A stretch of 64,000 nt of DNA from Nitrosomonadales bacterium. GTDB lineage: Bacteria > Pseudomonadota > Gammaproteobacteria > Burkholderiales > Gallionellaceae. This document shows, one piece after another, positions 38,363-47,316 of this stretch (positions are counted from its first letter, which is position 1; every line of letters starts with the position of its first letter). The stretch covers positions 247,857-311,856 of the forward strand of contig JACOUM010000003.1 of the NCBI GenBank assembly GCA_016177795.1, written 5' to 3'. A model generated the notes under the pieces. That model saw only the letters and a program-made list of their open reading frames with translations. It had not been told where the DNA came from and did not search any database. A program made the position numbers and the translations under genes.

Positions 38363-40312
38363 TCAAGCCAGACACGCTTCGATCATTTCGTGGATCTGCA
38401 ACTGCGTGACATTCTTGACGTCAATCGCGGCGCGCAGGCAGGTGGCCGAGCAACTGCCGCAGCCCTCGCACAGCGCCTCGTTGACCACCGCCTTGCCACC
38501 CTCCAGCCGGATCGCGATGAACGGACAGGCGTCGACGCACATCCCGCAGCCGGTGCAGTGCGAAGGACGCACCCTGGCGATCAGCGGCGAACGGCTGAGT
38601 GTCGTCTGCGACAGCAGCGCAATCACCTTGGAAGCGGCTGCGCCGGCCTGGGCGACGGTCTCCGGAATGTCCTTGGGCGCCTGCGCCGCACCCGCCAGAT
38701 AGATACCGGCAGTAACGCTCTCGACCGGCCTCAGCTTGGGATGCGCCTCTGCCAGGAAACCGTCCTTGTCGCGACCGATCTTGAGCACCTTGGCAATTTC
38801 CGTGGTTCCCTTCGATGGCACCATAGCTTGCGCCAGCACCACCATGTCGGCATCAATCTCCACATTCTGGCCGGTCAGGGTGTCGGTGCCGAGCACGCGC
38901 ACCTTGCCGTTATGCCGGTAAAGTTTGGAAACGCGGCCGCGCAAATAGAGGGTATCGTCGTCCTCCATGGTGCGCTGCACGAATTCCTCGTAGCCCTTGC
39001 CGCCGGAGCGTATATCGATGTAAAACACGTAAGCGCGTCCGTCCGGAACGTGCTTCTTGTAGAGGCGCGCGTGCTTGGCGGTGTACATGCAGCAAATCTT
39101 GGAGCAATAGGCGCAATGCTTGGCCGGGTCGCGCGACCCGACGCACTGGATGAACACCACTTCCTTGGGCTCCTTGTGGTCGGAAGGCCGCAGCACATGC
39201 CCCTTGGTCGCGCCAGACGCAGAGATCAGGCGCTCGAACTGCAAGCCGTCGAGTACATCCTCAAGCTTGCCCCCGCCGAGTTCCGGCATGTTTTCCTGTC
39301 CATACAGGTCGAAACCGGTGGCCACCACGACGGCACCGACATTTTCGGTCACCGTTTCGGGCCGCATATCGTAGTTGATGGCACCGGCCTCGCACACGTC
39401 CTTGCACTTGCCGCAGACAACCGGGTTCAAGCCCAGACAGGCGTTCTCATCCAGCGTGAAACTGGCCGGAATGGCCTGCGCGTAGGGAATGTAGATGGCG
39501 CGCCGCGCGTTCAGGTTAAGCTCATATTCGTTCGGCACCACGACCGGGCAAACTTCGGTGCAGTGGTCGCATATCTTGCACTTGTCTGGATCGACAAAGG
39601 TTGGTTTCTTGAGGACCTTGACCTGGAAGTTGCCCACCGAACCGTTGAGCTCCTGCACCTCGCTGTAAGTCATCAGCTTGACCATCGGGTGGCGCTTAAC
39701 CTCAACCATCTTGGGCGACAGCACGCACTGCGAGCAATCCAGCGTGGGGAAAGTCTCGGACAGCTGGAGCATGCGGCCGCCAATGGTGGCCTGCTTCTCG
39801 ACCAGAATGACCTCAATGCCGGCATTGGCGATATCGAGCGCAGCCTGGATGCCGGCGATACCCCCGCCGATGACCATCGCCTTTCTTGTTACATTGACGG
39901 CGATCGCCTCCAGCGGCTTGTTGCGATTGACCCGCCGCACCACGCTGCGCGAAATCTTGATTGCCTTCTCGGTGCCCTTGGCCTTGTCGTTATGCACCCA
40001 GCTGCACTGCTCACGGATGTTGGCGATCTCACAGGTGAAATTGTTGATGCCGGCACGCTTGGCGTTATCGCGAAAAGTCTTCTCATGCAGGTTCGGCGAA
40101 CAGCAGGTGACGACCACGCTGTCCAGTTCGTTGTCCTTGATCGCCTGAACCACCGACTCCTGGCCCGGTTCCGAACACATGTAGACGTATTCCTGGGTGA
40201 AGGCGACGGTATTTTCGTCGGCCATTTCCCTGGCCACCTTCGCCACATCGACCGTGGCGGCGATGTTGGTGCCGCAGTGGCAGACAAAAACGCCGGTGCG
40301 CTTCTTGGTCAT
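38363..40312 (-). CDS. hdrA: Heterodisulfide reductase subunit A
   Basis: FVCHCGTNI, NIREQCSWVH, GGGIAG, TFPTLDC and CVGSRD..YCSKICCMY motifs; inserted and C-terminal ferredoxin motifs. Confidence 0.95.
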   Translation of the reverse strand: MTKKRTGVFVCHCGTNIAATVDVAKVAREMADENTVAFTQEYVYMCSEPGQESVVQAIKDNELDSVVVTCCSPNLHEKTFRDNAKRAGINNFTCEIANIREQCSWVHNDKAKGTEKAIKISRSVVRRVNRNKPLEAIAVNVTRKAMVIGGGIAGIQAALDIANAGIEVILVEKQATIGGRMLQLSETFPTLDCSQCVLSPKMVEVKRHPMVKLMTYSEVQELNGSVGNFQVKVLKKPTFVDPDKCKICDHCTEVCPVVVPNEYELNLNARRAIYIPYAQAIPASFTLDENACLGLNPVVCGKCKDVCEAGAINYDMRPETVTENVGAVVVATGFDLYGQENMPELGGGKLEDVLDGLQFERLISASGATKGHVLRPSDHKEPKEVVFIQCVGSRDPAKHCAYCSKICCMYTAKHARLYKKHVPDGRAYVFYIDIRSGGKGYEEFVQRTMEDDDTLYLRGRVSKLYRHNGKVRVLGTDTLTGQNVEIDADMVVLAQAMVPSKGTTEIAKVLKIGRDKDGFLAEAHPKLRPVESVTAGIYLAGAAQAPKDIPETVAQAGAAASKVIALLSQTTLSRSPLIARVRPSHCTGCGMCVDACPFIAIRLEGGKAVVNEALCEGCGSCSATCLRAAIDVKNVTQLQIHEMIEACLA

Positions 40313-40878
40313 GACGCGTCTCCGCTGTTATCCTTGCCTATCAAATTCAGGCCGTACTCATAGCCCTTGTCGAATGCCTTGATGTTGATTTTCAGGAATC
40401 GATCGGGAACCAGGCCGGGCAGAGCCTTTTTCATGGCATCGGCAGAGACCACGTCGGTGACCGCAGTGAAAAAGCCAAGTGCCACGAGATTGGTGAACAG
40501 GCGATTGCCCAGTTCTTCGGCATAGCGGGTGGCCGGCACGCGCAACAATCTGAGATCCGGATGCTCACCGCGCAGCTTCACCAGTTCCTCTTCGACGATC
40601 AGCGTCCCCCCCTTGGGCAGCTCACTGTAATACTTGTCATAGGCCTCCTGGGACAACGCCATCAGAATTCCGGGGTGGGTGATGTAGGGATACAGGACAC
40701 GATCATCAGAAACCACGAGCTGCGCAGCGCAGGCGCTGCCGCGCGCCTCGGGCCCGAAGGCCTGGGTCATGGTGGCGAACTTGTCGTCGTAAAGGGACAG
40801 CGCCTTGCCGGTGATCAGGGCGCAGCGAATAATCCCTTGGCCGCCAAATCCGGAAAACCTGATTTCTTGTGTGCTCAT
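40309..40878 (-). CDS. korC: 2-oxoglutarate:ferredoxin oxidoreductase gamma subunit
   Basis: SGFGGQG and FGPEARG motifs. Confidence 0.88.
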   Translation of the reverse strand: MSTQEIRFSGFGGQGIIRCALITGKALSLYDDKFATMTQAFGPEARGSACAAQLVVSDDRVLYPYITHPGILMALSQEAYDKYYSELPKGGTLIVEEELVKLRGEHPDLRLLRVPATRYAEELGNRLFTNLVALGFFTAVTDVVSADAMKKALPGLVPDRFLKINIKAFDKGYEYGLNLIGKDNSGDAS

Positions 40879-40889
40879 GCGCTCGATTC

Positions 40890-42176
40890 CTACTTACGGG
40901 TCTTTTTAGGCGCAGCCTTTGCCGCAGGCTTGGTCTTGGCGACTGCCTTGGGAGTAGCCTTTTTTGCCGGAGCCTTGGTAACAACTTTTTTCGCGGGCTT
41001 GGCTTTCGCTGCGGCTTTTTGCACGGGCTTTGCCTTGGCTTTCGTCGCAGCCTTCTTTGCCGCCTTGGGTGCAGCAACCGCCTTAGCCGGTGCCTTTTTC
41101 GCCGTCTTAGCCGGTGCCTTTTTCACCACCTTAGCCGGTGCCTTTTTCGCCGTCTTAGCCGGAGCCTTCTTCACCGCAGCCCTGGATGCAGGTGCTTTTG
41201 GTTTCGCGGATACGGCCTCTCCCTGCGCCGCCTCCTCCGCCTGCATGGCGACACGGCGAGCGGCAACCCTTTCCTTCTCGGCTTTTTCTTCGGCCTCACG
41301 TTCGGGAATGGTCTTGCCGTAGAGCTGATAATCATCCCCTACCAGCTTGACGCAGCACTTGTCGACTGCTTCCAGATAGGTAGGCTTGTTCTTTTCGACG
41401 AATTTGCCGACGACGATTTTGCCTTGGAAATCGACCGCCGTTTCACGGGTGTCGCAGCCATGCTTGAGAATCGAGTTGTCCTGGTAATTCTGCAGCTGGT
41501 CAACGCCATCGCCGAGGCGGTTGCGGCGCAGATAGAGCGTCGGGCACGGCGAAACGACCTCAATGAAGGAGAAGCCCTTGCGCAGCAGCGCTTCCTCGAT
41601 CGACTGGGTGACGTTGCGCGAATGCATCGATGTCCAGCGTGCGATGTAGGTGGCACCGGCGGCATCCATCAGGAACGGCAGGCTGAACGGGTATTCGTAG
41701 TTGCCATAGGGTGTAGTTGAAGCCACGGCCGAGCCGGGCGTGGTCGGCGTTACCTGGCCGCCGGTCATGCCATAGGTGAAATTGTTGTTGCAGATGACCA
41801 CGATATCCATGTTGCGCCGTGCGGCATGAATCAGGTGATTGCCGCCGATACCGGACAGATCGCCCTCGCCGCTGAAGACCACCACCGTCAGTTCGGGGTT
41901 GGCCAGCTTGACGCCGGTGGCGACAGGAATGGCGCGGCCGTGAGTGGTATGGATCGAATCAAAGTTGACATAGCCAGCAACACGTCCGGTGCAGCCGATG
42001 CCCGATACCACGACCAGCTTCTTGGGATCGATGCCGCTGCGTTTGACTGCATCGGCAAAGGAATTCACCTCGGAGCCGATGCCGCAACCGGGACACCAGA
42101 TATGCGGCATGCGGTCCATGCGCAGGGTACTGGACATGGGGCTGCCGGCTTTGAATTTTTCGATATCAGTACTCAT
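40890..42176 (-). CDS. korB: 2-oxoglutarate:ferredoxin oxidoreductase beta subunit with a Lys/Ala/Pro-rich C-terminal tail
   Basis: WCPGCG, SGIGC, HGRA, YGMTGGQ and SPCPT motifs, followed by a ~110-aa AKKAPAK tail. Confidence 0.9.
   Translation of the reverse strand: MSTDIEKFKAGSPMSSTLRMDRMPHIWCPGCGIGSEVNSFADAVKRSGIDPKKLVVVSGIGCTGRVAGYVNFDSIHTTHGRAIPVATGVKLANPELTVVVFSGEGDLSGIGGNHLIHAARRNMDIVVICNNNFTYGMTGGQVTPTTPGSAVASTTPYGNYEYPFSLPFLMDAAGATYIARWTSMHSRNVTQSIEEALLRKGFSFIEVVSPCPTLYLRRNRLGDGVDQLQNYQDNSILKHGCDTRETAVDFQGKIVVGKFVEKNKPTYLEAVDKCCVKLVGDDYQLYGKTIPEREAEEKAEKERVAARRVAMQAEEAAQGEAVSAKPKAPASRAAVKKAPAKTAKKAPAKVVKKAPAKTAKKAPAKAVAAPKAAKKAATKAKAKPVQKAAAKAKPAKKVVTKAPAKKATPKAVAKTKPAAKAAPKKTRK
41082..41177. 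repeat. Four tandem 24-bp coding repeats in the korB tail
   Basis: CTTAGCCGGTGCCTTTTTCGCCGT-like units at 41082, 41106, 41130 and 41154. Confidence 0.85.
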
Positions 42177-43405
42177 TGGCTTGCCTTTCTGATGGCATCC
42201 AGGATGACCTGGGGATCATGTACCGCACCACCGCAGTGATTAACGCTGATTACCTTGCAACGGCCGCCGGCGTTGCGTTCTACCTCGAGCACCATCTGAC
42301 CATAGTTGATCTCGGGTACTACGATGGCCTTGACCTTGGCGGATATTTCACGGATGCGTTTCTCGCAGAATGGCCAGATGGTGATCATGCGCAGGGAACC
42401 AACCTTGATGCCTTCCTTGCGCGCGTCCTGGATGGCCTTGACGGCGATTCTGGAGGTGATGCCATAGGACACCACCACGACCTCGGCGCCGTCGATCTGA
42501 TCCTCTTCGAGGCGGACGATCTCGTCGGCATTGCCGTTGATTTTTTCCATCAGGTGGGTCACGACTTTCACGTTCTGTTCAGCGGTCATGACCGGATAGC
42601 CCTTCTCGTTATGAGTCAGACCGGTGATATGGAAATTGTACCCATCGCCCGCGCGCACCATGGGATGGCCGCCCTGGCAGTCGAACTTGTAGGGACGGCA
42701 ATCCTCCTTGGGGCCGCTGTAATTATTGCGCGGAATCACCTTGATCTGGTCGGCCGGCGGGATGACCACCTTCTCATGCATGTGGCCGACGGTTTCGTCG
42801 GTCAGGATGATGACCGGCACCCGGTAGAACTCGGACAGATTGAAGGCCTCGACGGTCAGGTCGAAACATTCCTGCGGGCTGTCCGGCGACAGCGCAATGA
42901 TGGCGTTATCGCCATGCGGGCCATATTTCGCCTGCATCATATCCTGCTGTGCAGTCAACGTCGGCAAGCCGGTGGACGGGCCACCGCGCTGCACGTTGGC
43001 AATCACCATCGGTGTCTCGGTCATGGCAGCCAGACCGAGGTTTTCCACCATCAGGGAAAAACCGGGGCCGCAGGTCACGGTCATGCATTTCTGGCCGGCC
43101 CATGCGGCACCAATCAGGGCGGCGATGGAAGCCAGCTCATCCTCCATCTGGATGAACAGTGCGCCCACCTCCGGCGCCCGCTCGGCGAAACGCTCGGCGG
43201 CTTCTGTCGATGGTGTGATGGGATAGCCGGCAAAGAACCGGCAGCCTGCCGCCAATGCGCCTTCAGCAAGCGCATGGTCGCCATCCATGAAATGTGGACC
43301 GGAGTCGACCCCTTTGGGATCTGCTGCGACAGTTTCAGCTCCGGCGTAACGCCTCCTAACGCTGGCTTTGGCCTTTTCTGAGGCTCCGCTACGCTCCGTT
43401 TTCAC
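42173..43405 (-). CDS. korA: 2-oxoglutarate:ferredoxin oxidoreductase alpha subunit
   Basis: GYPITPS, QMEDE and QRGGPSTGLPT motifs; GTG start overlaps the korD stop, with GGAG RBS. Confidence 0.9.
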   Translation of the reverse strand: MKTERSGASEKAKASVRRRYAGAETVAADPKGVDSGPHFMDGDHALAEGALAAGCRFFAGYPITPSTEAAERFAERAPEVGALFIQMEDELASIAALIGAAWAGQKCMTVTCGPGFSLMVENLGLAAMTETPMVIANVQRGGPSTGLPTLTAQQDMMQAKYGPHGDNAIIALSPDSPQECFDLTVEAFNLSEFYRVPVIILTDETVGHMHEKVVIPPADQIKVIPRNNYSGPKEDCRPYKFDCQGGHPMVRAGDGYNFHITGLTHNEKGYPVMTAEQNVKVVTHLMEKINGNADEIVRLEEDQIDGAEVVVVSYGITSRIAVKAIQDARKEGIKVGSLRMITIWPFCEKRIREISAKVKAIVVPEINYGQMVLEVERNAGGRCKVISVNHCGGAVHDPQVILDAIRKASQ

Positions 43406-43665
43406 TTTATTGTTTCTCCTTTGTTGGTTACTTCTTCCATTGTCACGTAGATGGAAAACTCCGGACAGATCATCTGGCAAAACATGCAATCGTGGCAGGC
43501 ATCGGGATTTTTCACGTAGGGTGGGTGATAGCCCTTGGCGTTGAACTCAGGGGACATGTCCAATACCCCCTTCGGGCAAAACTGCACGCAGAAGCCGCAT
43601 CCTTTGCACCAATCGTTGCTGATGGTGACTTTGCCGCGAATCTGCTTGAGGTCGTTGAAAAACAT
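43402..43665 (-). CDS. korD: Kor delta subunit (2x[4Fe-4S])
   Basis: CKGCGFCVQFCP and CHDCMFCQMICP. Confidence 0.88.
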   Translation of the reverse strand: MFFNDLKQIRGKVTISNDWCKGCGFCVQFCPKGVLDMSPEFNAKGYHPPYVKNPDACHDCMFCQMICPEFSIYVTMEEVTNKGETIK

Positions 43666-43674
43666 ACTCTCTCC

Positions 43675-44592
43675 TTAATCCAGGCCGCGAGCCTTCAACG
43701 CCGGCAGTGGATCGATATGCTGGAGATCGAAACGCAGTGCCGATTCGTCACAACCGAACGCCAGCGCCATCAGCTGGGTAAAATAAAGCACCGGCATATT
43801 GCGGAAATCCGGGTTGAGGCGCTTGGCGTCATCCTGACGGTAGTCCAGGTTAAAGGCGCACAACGGGCAGCTCACCACCACCAGATCGGCCTGCTCCTCA
43901 TGCGCCGAACCCATGATCTTGTCGGTGCGGTCGGCGATAATTTCCGGTTTGTCGACGGTCTGATAGGCGCCGCAGCATTCGGTCTTATGCGAAAAATCCA
44001 CCGGCGTGGCGCCGAGGGCGGCGATCAGGTTTTCCATGACCATCGGATTCTCGACATCGTCGAAGGCGACCTCTTTCGGGCGCACCAGCAGGCAGCCGTA
44101 ATAGCAGGCCACGCGCAGGCCTTCGAGCGGTTTGGTTACCTTCTTCGCCAGATTGTCGAAACCGACGCGATCGCGCAGGTATTCGAGCAGATGCAGAACC
44201 TCGACATCACCCTCGTATTTGGTTTCATCGAGGTAGAGCAAATCGTTGATGGTCGCCAGCGCATCGGCGCGCTGTCTCACATCGATGTTGGCGCGCTTGA
44301 GCGTGTTGTAACACATCGCGCAGGAAGTCATGAATTCGCTGGCCATGCCTTCTGTCCTGGCCTGGGCTTCCTTGACGCGAATCATGTTGGTGATCGGCGC
44401 CACGCGATTCATGACGTTATCTGAATCCAGCGCATGCACCGTGCCGCAACAGTTCCAGCGATCCAGTTCTTCGACCTCCACGTCCAGTTTCGCCATCGAC
44501 GAGACGGTGGATACATCGAAGTTGGTAGCCTGGTTTTTCAGCGTACAGCCGGGATAGTAGGCGAGCTTCATCGGTTTATTCTCATTTCCCAT
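43675..44592 (-). CDS. hdrB: Heterodisulfide reductase subunit B
   Basis: Two CCG domains: YYPGC..WNCCG..CAMC and YYGC..ECCG..CPLC. Confidence 0.93.
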   Translation of the reverse strand: MGNENKPMKLAYYPGCTLKNQATNFDVSTVSSMAKLDVEVEELDRWNCCGTVHALDSDNVMNRVAPITNMIRVKEAQARTEGMASEFMTSCAMCYNTLKRANIDVRQRADALATINDLLYLDETKYEGDVEVLHLLEYLRDRVGFDNLAKKVTKPLEGLRVACYYGCLLVRPKEVAFDDVENPMVMENLIAALGATPVDFSHKTECCGAYQTVDKPEIIADRTDKIMGSAHEEQADLVVVSCPLCAFNLDYRQDDAKRLNPDFRNMPVLYFTQLMALAFGCDESALRFDLQHIDPLPALKARGLD

Positions 44593-44605
44593 TAGGGTAT
44601 TCCCC

Positions 44606-45025
44606 TCAGGAGGTCAATTTACGCAGGGCGCTGATCGTGGCAATTGGCGGCAATACGCTGCGCGCCTCGGGAGACAGCTCCATGATTTCAAGGTGATCGT
44701 TGCGCTCCCCACCGCCCAGCGCCGCCTTGCGCAGTGCTTCGATAACCTCGGCGATTCGTATGCCCTTGGGGCAGCGCGAGTTGCAGGTGAGGCAGGATAC
44801 GCACATCCAGATGGCGCGCGTTTCCAGCAACTGCTGCCGCATCCCCAGTTGCGCCATGCGGATCATCTGGTTGGGCAGCACATCCATGTAAGCCGCCATC
44901 GGGCAACCGGCAGAACACTTGCCGCACTGGTAGCAGGCCAGCAATTTCTGGCCGCTGATCTTTTCAATCTGTGCCACGAAGGAACTGCCGACTTGGGCCG
45001 AGTTAATGCGCAGAGTTGTATCCAT
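44606..45025 (-). CDS. hdrC: Heterodisulfide reductase subunit C
   Basis: CYQCGKCSAGCP and WMCVSCLTCNSRCP. Confidence 0.93.
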   Translation of the reverse strand: MDTTLRINSAQVGSSFVAQIEKISGQKLLACYQCGKCSAGCPMAAYMDVLPNQMIRMAQLGMRQQLLETRAIWMCVSCLTCNSRCPKGIRIAEVIEALRKAALGGGERNDHLEIMELSPEARSVLPPIATISALRKLTS

Positions 45026-45036
45026 AGATTACCCGT

Positions 45037-45570
45037 TCAGAACCTTCCATCCATGCGGAACTCGGGCGTGTCCAGCCATAACCCGACGTTCTGCAAGCTA
45101 TCCAGCTGCGCCTGCAGGGCATCATATTGGGAGATTTCCTCCATGATCATTTTCCCAGCCAGTTTGATAATGTCCGGATCCTTAATGTGTTCGGACATAT
45201 CTTTCAGCAGATGAATGATCCGGCGCTCCAGTTCCATTGCCATACGCAGTGCCTGCGTGTCGTCAGCGACCGCCTCCATGCCGCGGTGCATAACGGCCGC
45301 TTCCATCTCGGCGATCACTCCAGACGGGTGGGCGTTTGCTGCCTCTTCGGCGGCAAGTTGCTGCCATACATCCTGGCCAATGATGGCGCTGAACAGCGTG
45401 TGCATATCCTCCATGCGCTCCGGCCTCTCATCCGCGAGGCGAAGGAACATGGCTTTGCCGCCGGGGTTTTGCGTCATATCGGCCGCATGGCGATAGAAAT
45501 GCTCCTCGCCGTATTCGAAACTGAGCGCGGTGCGAGCCAGTTCGATCACCCTGTCGTCAATGTGCGTCAT
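45037..45570 (-). CDS. Ferritin-like/rubrerythrin-family four-helix protein with a degenerate diiron site
   Basis: Repeated pattern A..FE....HFY...A.......K.MF.RLA.E / AL.MA...E; both EExxH motifs altered. Confidence 0.7.
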   Translation of the reverse strand: MTHIDDRVIELARTALSFEYGEEHFYRHAADMTQNPGGKAMFLRLADERPERMEDMHTLFSAIIGQDVWQQLAAEEAANAHPSGVIAEMEAAVMHRGMEAVADDTQALRMAMELERRIIHLLKDMSEHIKDPDIIKLAGKMIMEEISQYDALQAQLDSLQNVGLWLDTPEFRMDGRF

Positions 45571-45588
45571 CAGACCGACTTCGGCGCC

Positions 45589-47304
45589 TCAGGCGCCGGA
45601 CCTTTCTTCATGCAGCCGGTTCTGCAGCACCGTAGAGCCCGGCAAGGTATTGTTGCCGCGCAGCAACTGGCGCTTCTTGACATCCTCGGGTGCGTAAGAC
45701 GGCAGCAGCACCGGGGTGACCAGATCGGTCTTCACGCCGGCATCTTTCAATTCCTTTTCGTAGGCATCGAGGTGCGCCAGGCTGAGCTTGCCAAGCTTGA
45801 CCTTCTTGGCGTATTCACCGGCATAGCGGCCAGCGCGACGCCCAAATACGTTGTAGTCGAGCACCGAGTTGCCCATCAGGCGATTGCGGCCATGCAGTCC
45901 GCCGCTCGCCTCACCCGCCACGTACAAACCGGGAATATCAGTCTCACACTTTTCGTTGATCTCGATGCCGCCATTCTGGTAATGCAGCGACGGATAGATC
46001 AGCATCGGCAGCTTGGTGATGTCGATGCCATACTGGATGAACTGGCGGTACATGGCCGGAAAGTGTTTGTCGGTATAGCCTTCGCCATGCAGCATATCGA
46101 TCAGCGGCGAATCCAGCCACACACCGACACGACCCGAAGGCGTCGTGACACCGCCGCCGTTCTGCGCGCATTCGCGGATGATGGCCGCCGCCTCGATATC
46201 GCGCGGTTCCCGCGGATAGACAAACAACTCACCGTCCTTGTTCAACGGCTGGCCACCGGCGCCGCGGATCGCCTCGGTGACCAGAAAGCCGGCAATCTGC
46301 TCGGGGAACGAGACACCCGTCGGGTGGTATTGAACGGAGTCCATGTACATCAGCTTGGCGCCCGCGCGGTAAGCCATCACCAGTCCGTCGCCGGTCGCGC
46401 CGTAGTGGTTGGTGGTGTCGTAACCGCGGATATGCAGGCGGCCGTAGCCGCCGGTGGCGATGACGGTGGACTTCGCCTTGACGGTGAAGAATTCCTCGCT
46501 GTCCAGGCTGTACAGCACCGCGCCGGCGCAGCGTCCCTTGTCGTCCATGATCAGTTCGACCGCCGGCATGAAATCTTTCACGGCAATCATGTCGGGATGA
46601 TTGCGCACCTCGTCCATCAGCGTGCGCATGATCATCGCGCCGGTGTAGTCGCGGCACGACAGCATGCGCTTGCGCGAGGTGCCGCCGCCGTGCATGACTT
46701 TCAGCGCACCATCCTGTTGCTTGTCCCAGCAGACGCCAAGGTCTTCGAGCCACTTGACTACGCCGGGGCCGTCTTCGGTCAGCGCCCGGACCAGCTCCGG
46801 CTTATTCTCGAAGTGACCGCCGCCGATGGCATCCAGATAATGGCGCGTCGGCGAGTCGGTGCGCGACACGGCGGCCTGCATGCCGCCCTGCGACATCATC
46901 GAGTTGGCATCGCCCATACGCAGCTTGGTGGCGATGATCGAGCGCATGCCATGTTCTTTCATCGCAACCAGCGCGGCATTGCAGCCGGCACCGCCGCCGC
47001 CGATGATCAAAAGATCGGTCTCGAAATCCGGCTTCCTGAGATCCACCTGCTCGCTGCGCAGCCAGGAATGCGACTCCAGCAGATCAGCCACTTCGGTGGT
47101 CAGCGACTCATCGCGATTGGGGCCGACGCGCACCGGGCGACGGGCGCTGGCTTCGAAATCCGGGTGAAAACCTTCCAGCACGGCGCGGCGTTCTTCCGCG
47201 CTCATCGGCGGATAGACAGGGTCGGGTTTGCGCGCCAATTCCAAACGTGCGGGGCGTGTCTGAGCCACTTTGCGGAGCGACTCCGCCATATAATCTGGAT
47301 ACAT
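45589..47304 (-). CDS. tfrA: Soluble fumarate reductase flavoprotein (TfrA-like)
   Basis: GGGGAG, QYHPT, LVTEAIRG, PRD, HYQNGG and HGRNRLMGNS motifs; no covalent-FAD His (ANSMMSQGG). Confidence 0.8.
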   Translation of the reverse strand: MYPDYMAESLRKVAQTRPARLELARKPDPVYPPMSAEERRAVLEGFHPDFEASARRPVRVGPNRDESLTTEVADLLESHSWLRSEQVDLRKPDFETDLLIIGGGGAGCNAALVAMKEHGMRSIIATKLRMGDANSMMSQGGMQAAVSRTDSPTRHYLDAIGGGHFENKPELVRALTEDGPGVVKWLEDLGVCWDKQQDGALKVMHGGGTSRKRMLSCRDYTGAMIMRTLMDEVRNHPDMIAVKDFMPAVELIMDDKGRCAGAVLYSLDSEEFFTVKAKSTVIATGGYGRLHIRGYDTTNHYGATGDGLVMAYRAGAKLMYMDSVQYHPTGVSFPEQIAGFLVTEAIRGAGGQPLNKDGELFVYPREPRDIEAAAIIRECAQNGGGVTTPSGRVGVWLDSPLIDMLHGEGYTDKHFPAMYRQFIQYGIDITKLPMLIYPSLHYQNGGIEINEKCETDIPGLYVAGEASGGLHGRNRLMGNSVLDYNVFGRRAGRYAGEYAKKVKLGKLSLAHLDAYEKELKDAGVKTDLVTPVLLPSYAPEDVKKRQLLRGNNTLPGSTVLQNRLHEERSGA

Positions 47305-47316
47305 CTTAAATCCTCT

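Noticed and set aside
45589-47304. Respiratory SdhA or L-aspartate oxidase NadB
   Set aside because: No membrane anchors, no covalent-FAD His, no nadA/nadC; it is paired with an Fe-S subunit inside an rTCA operon
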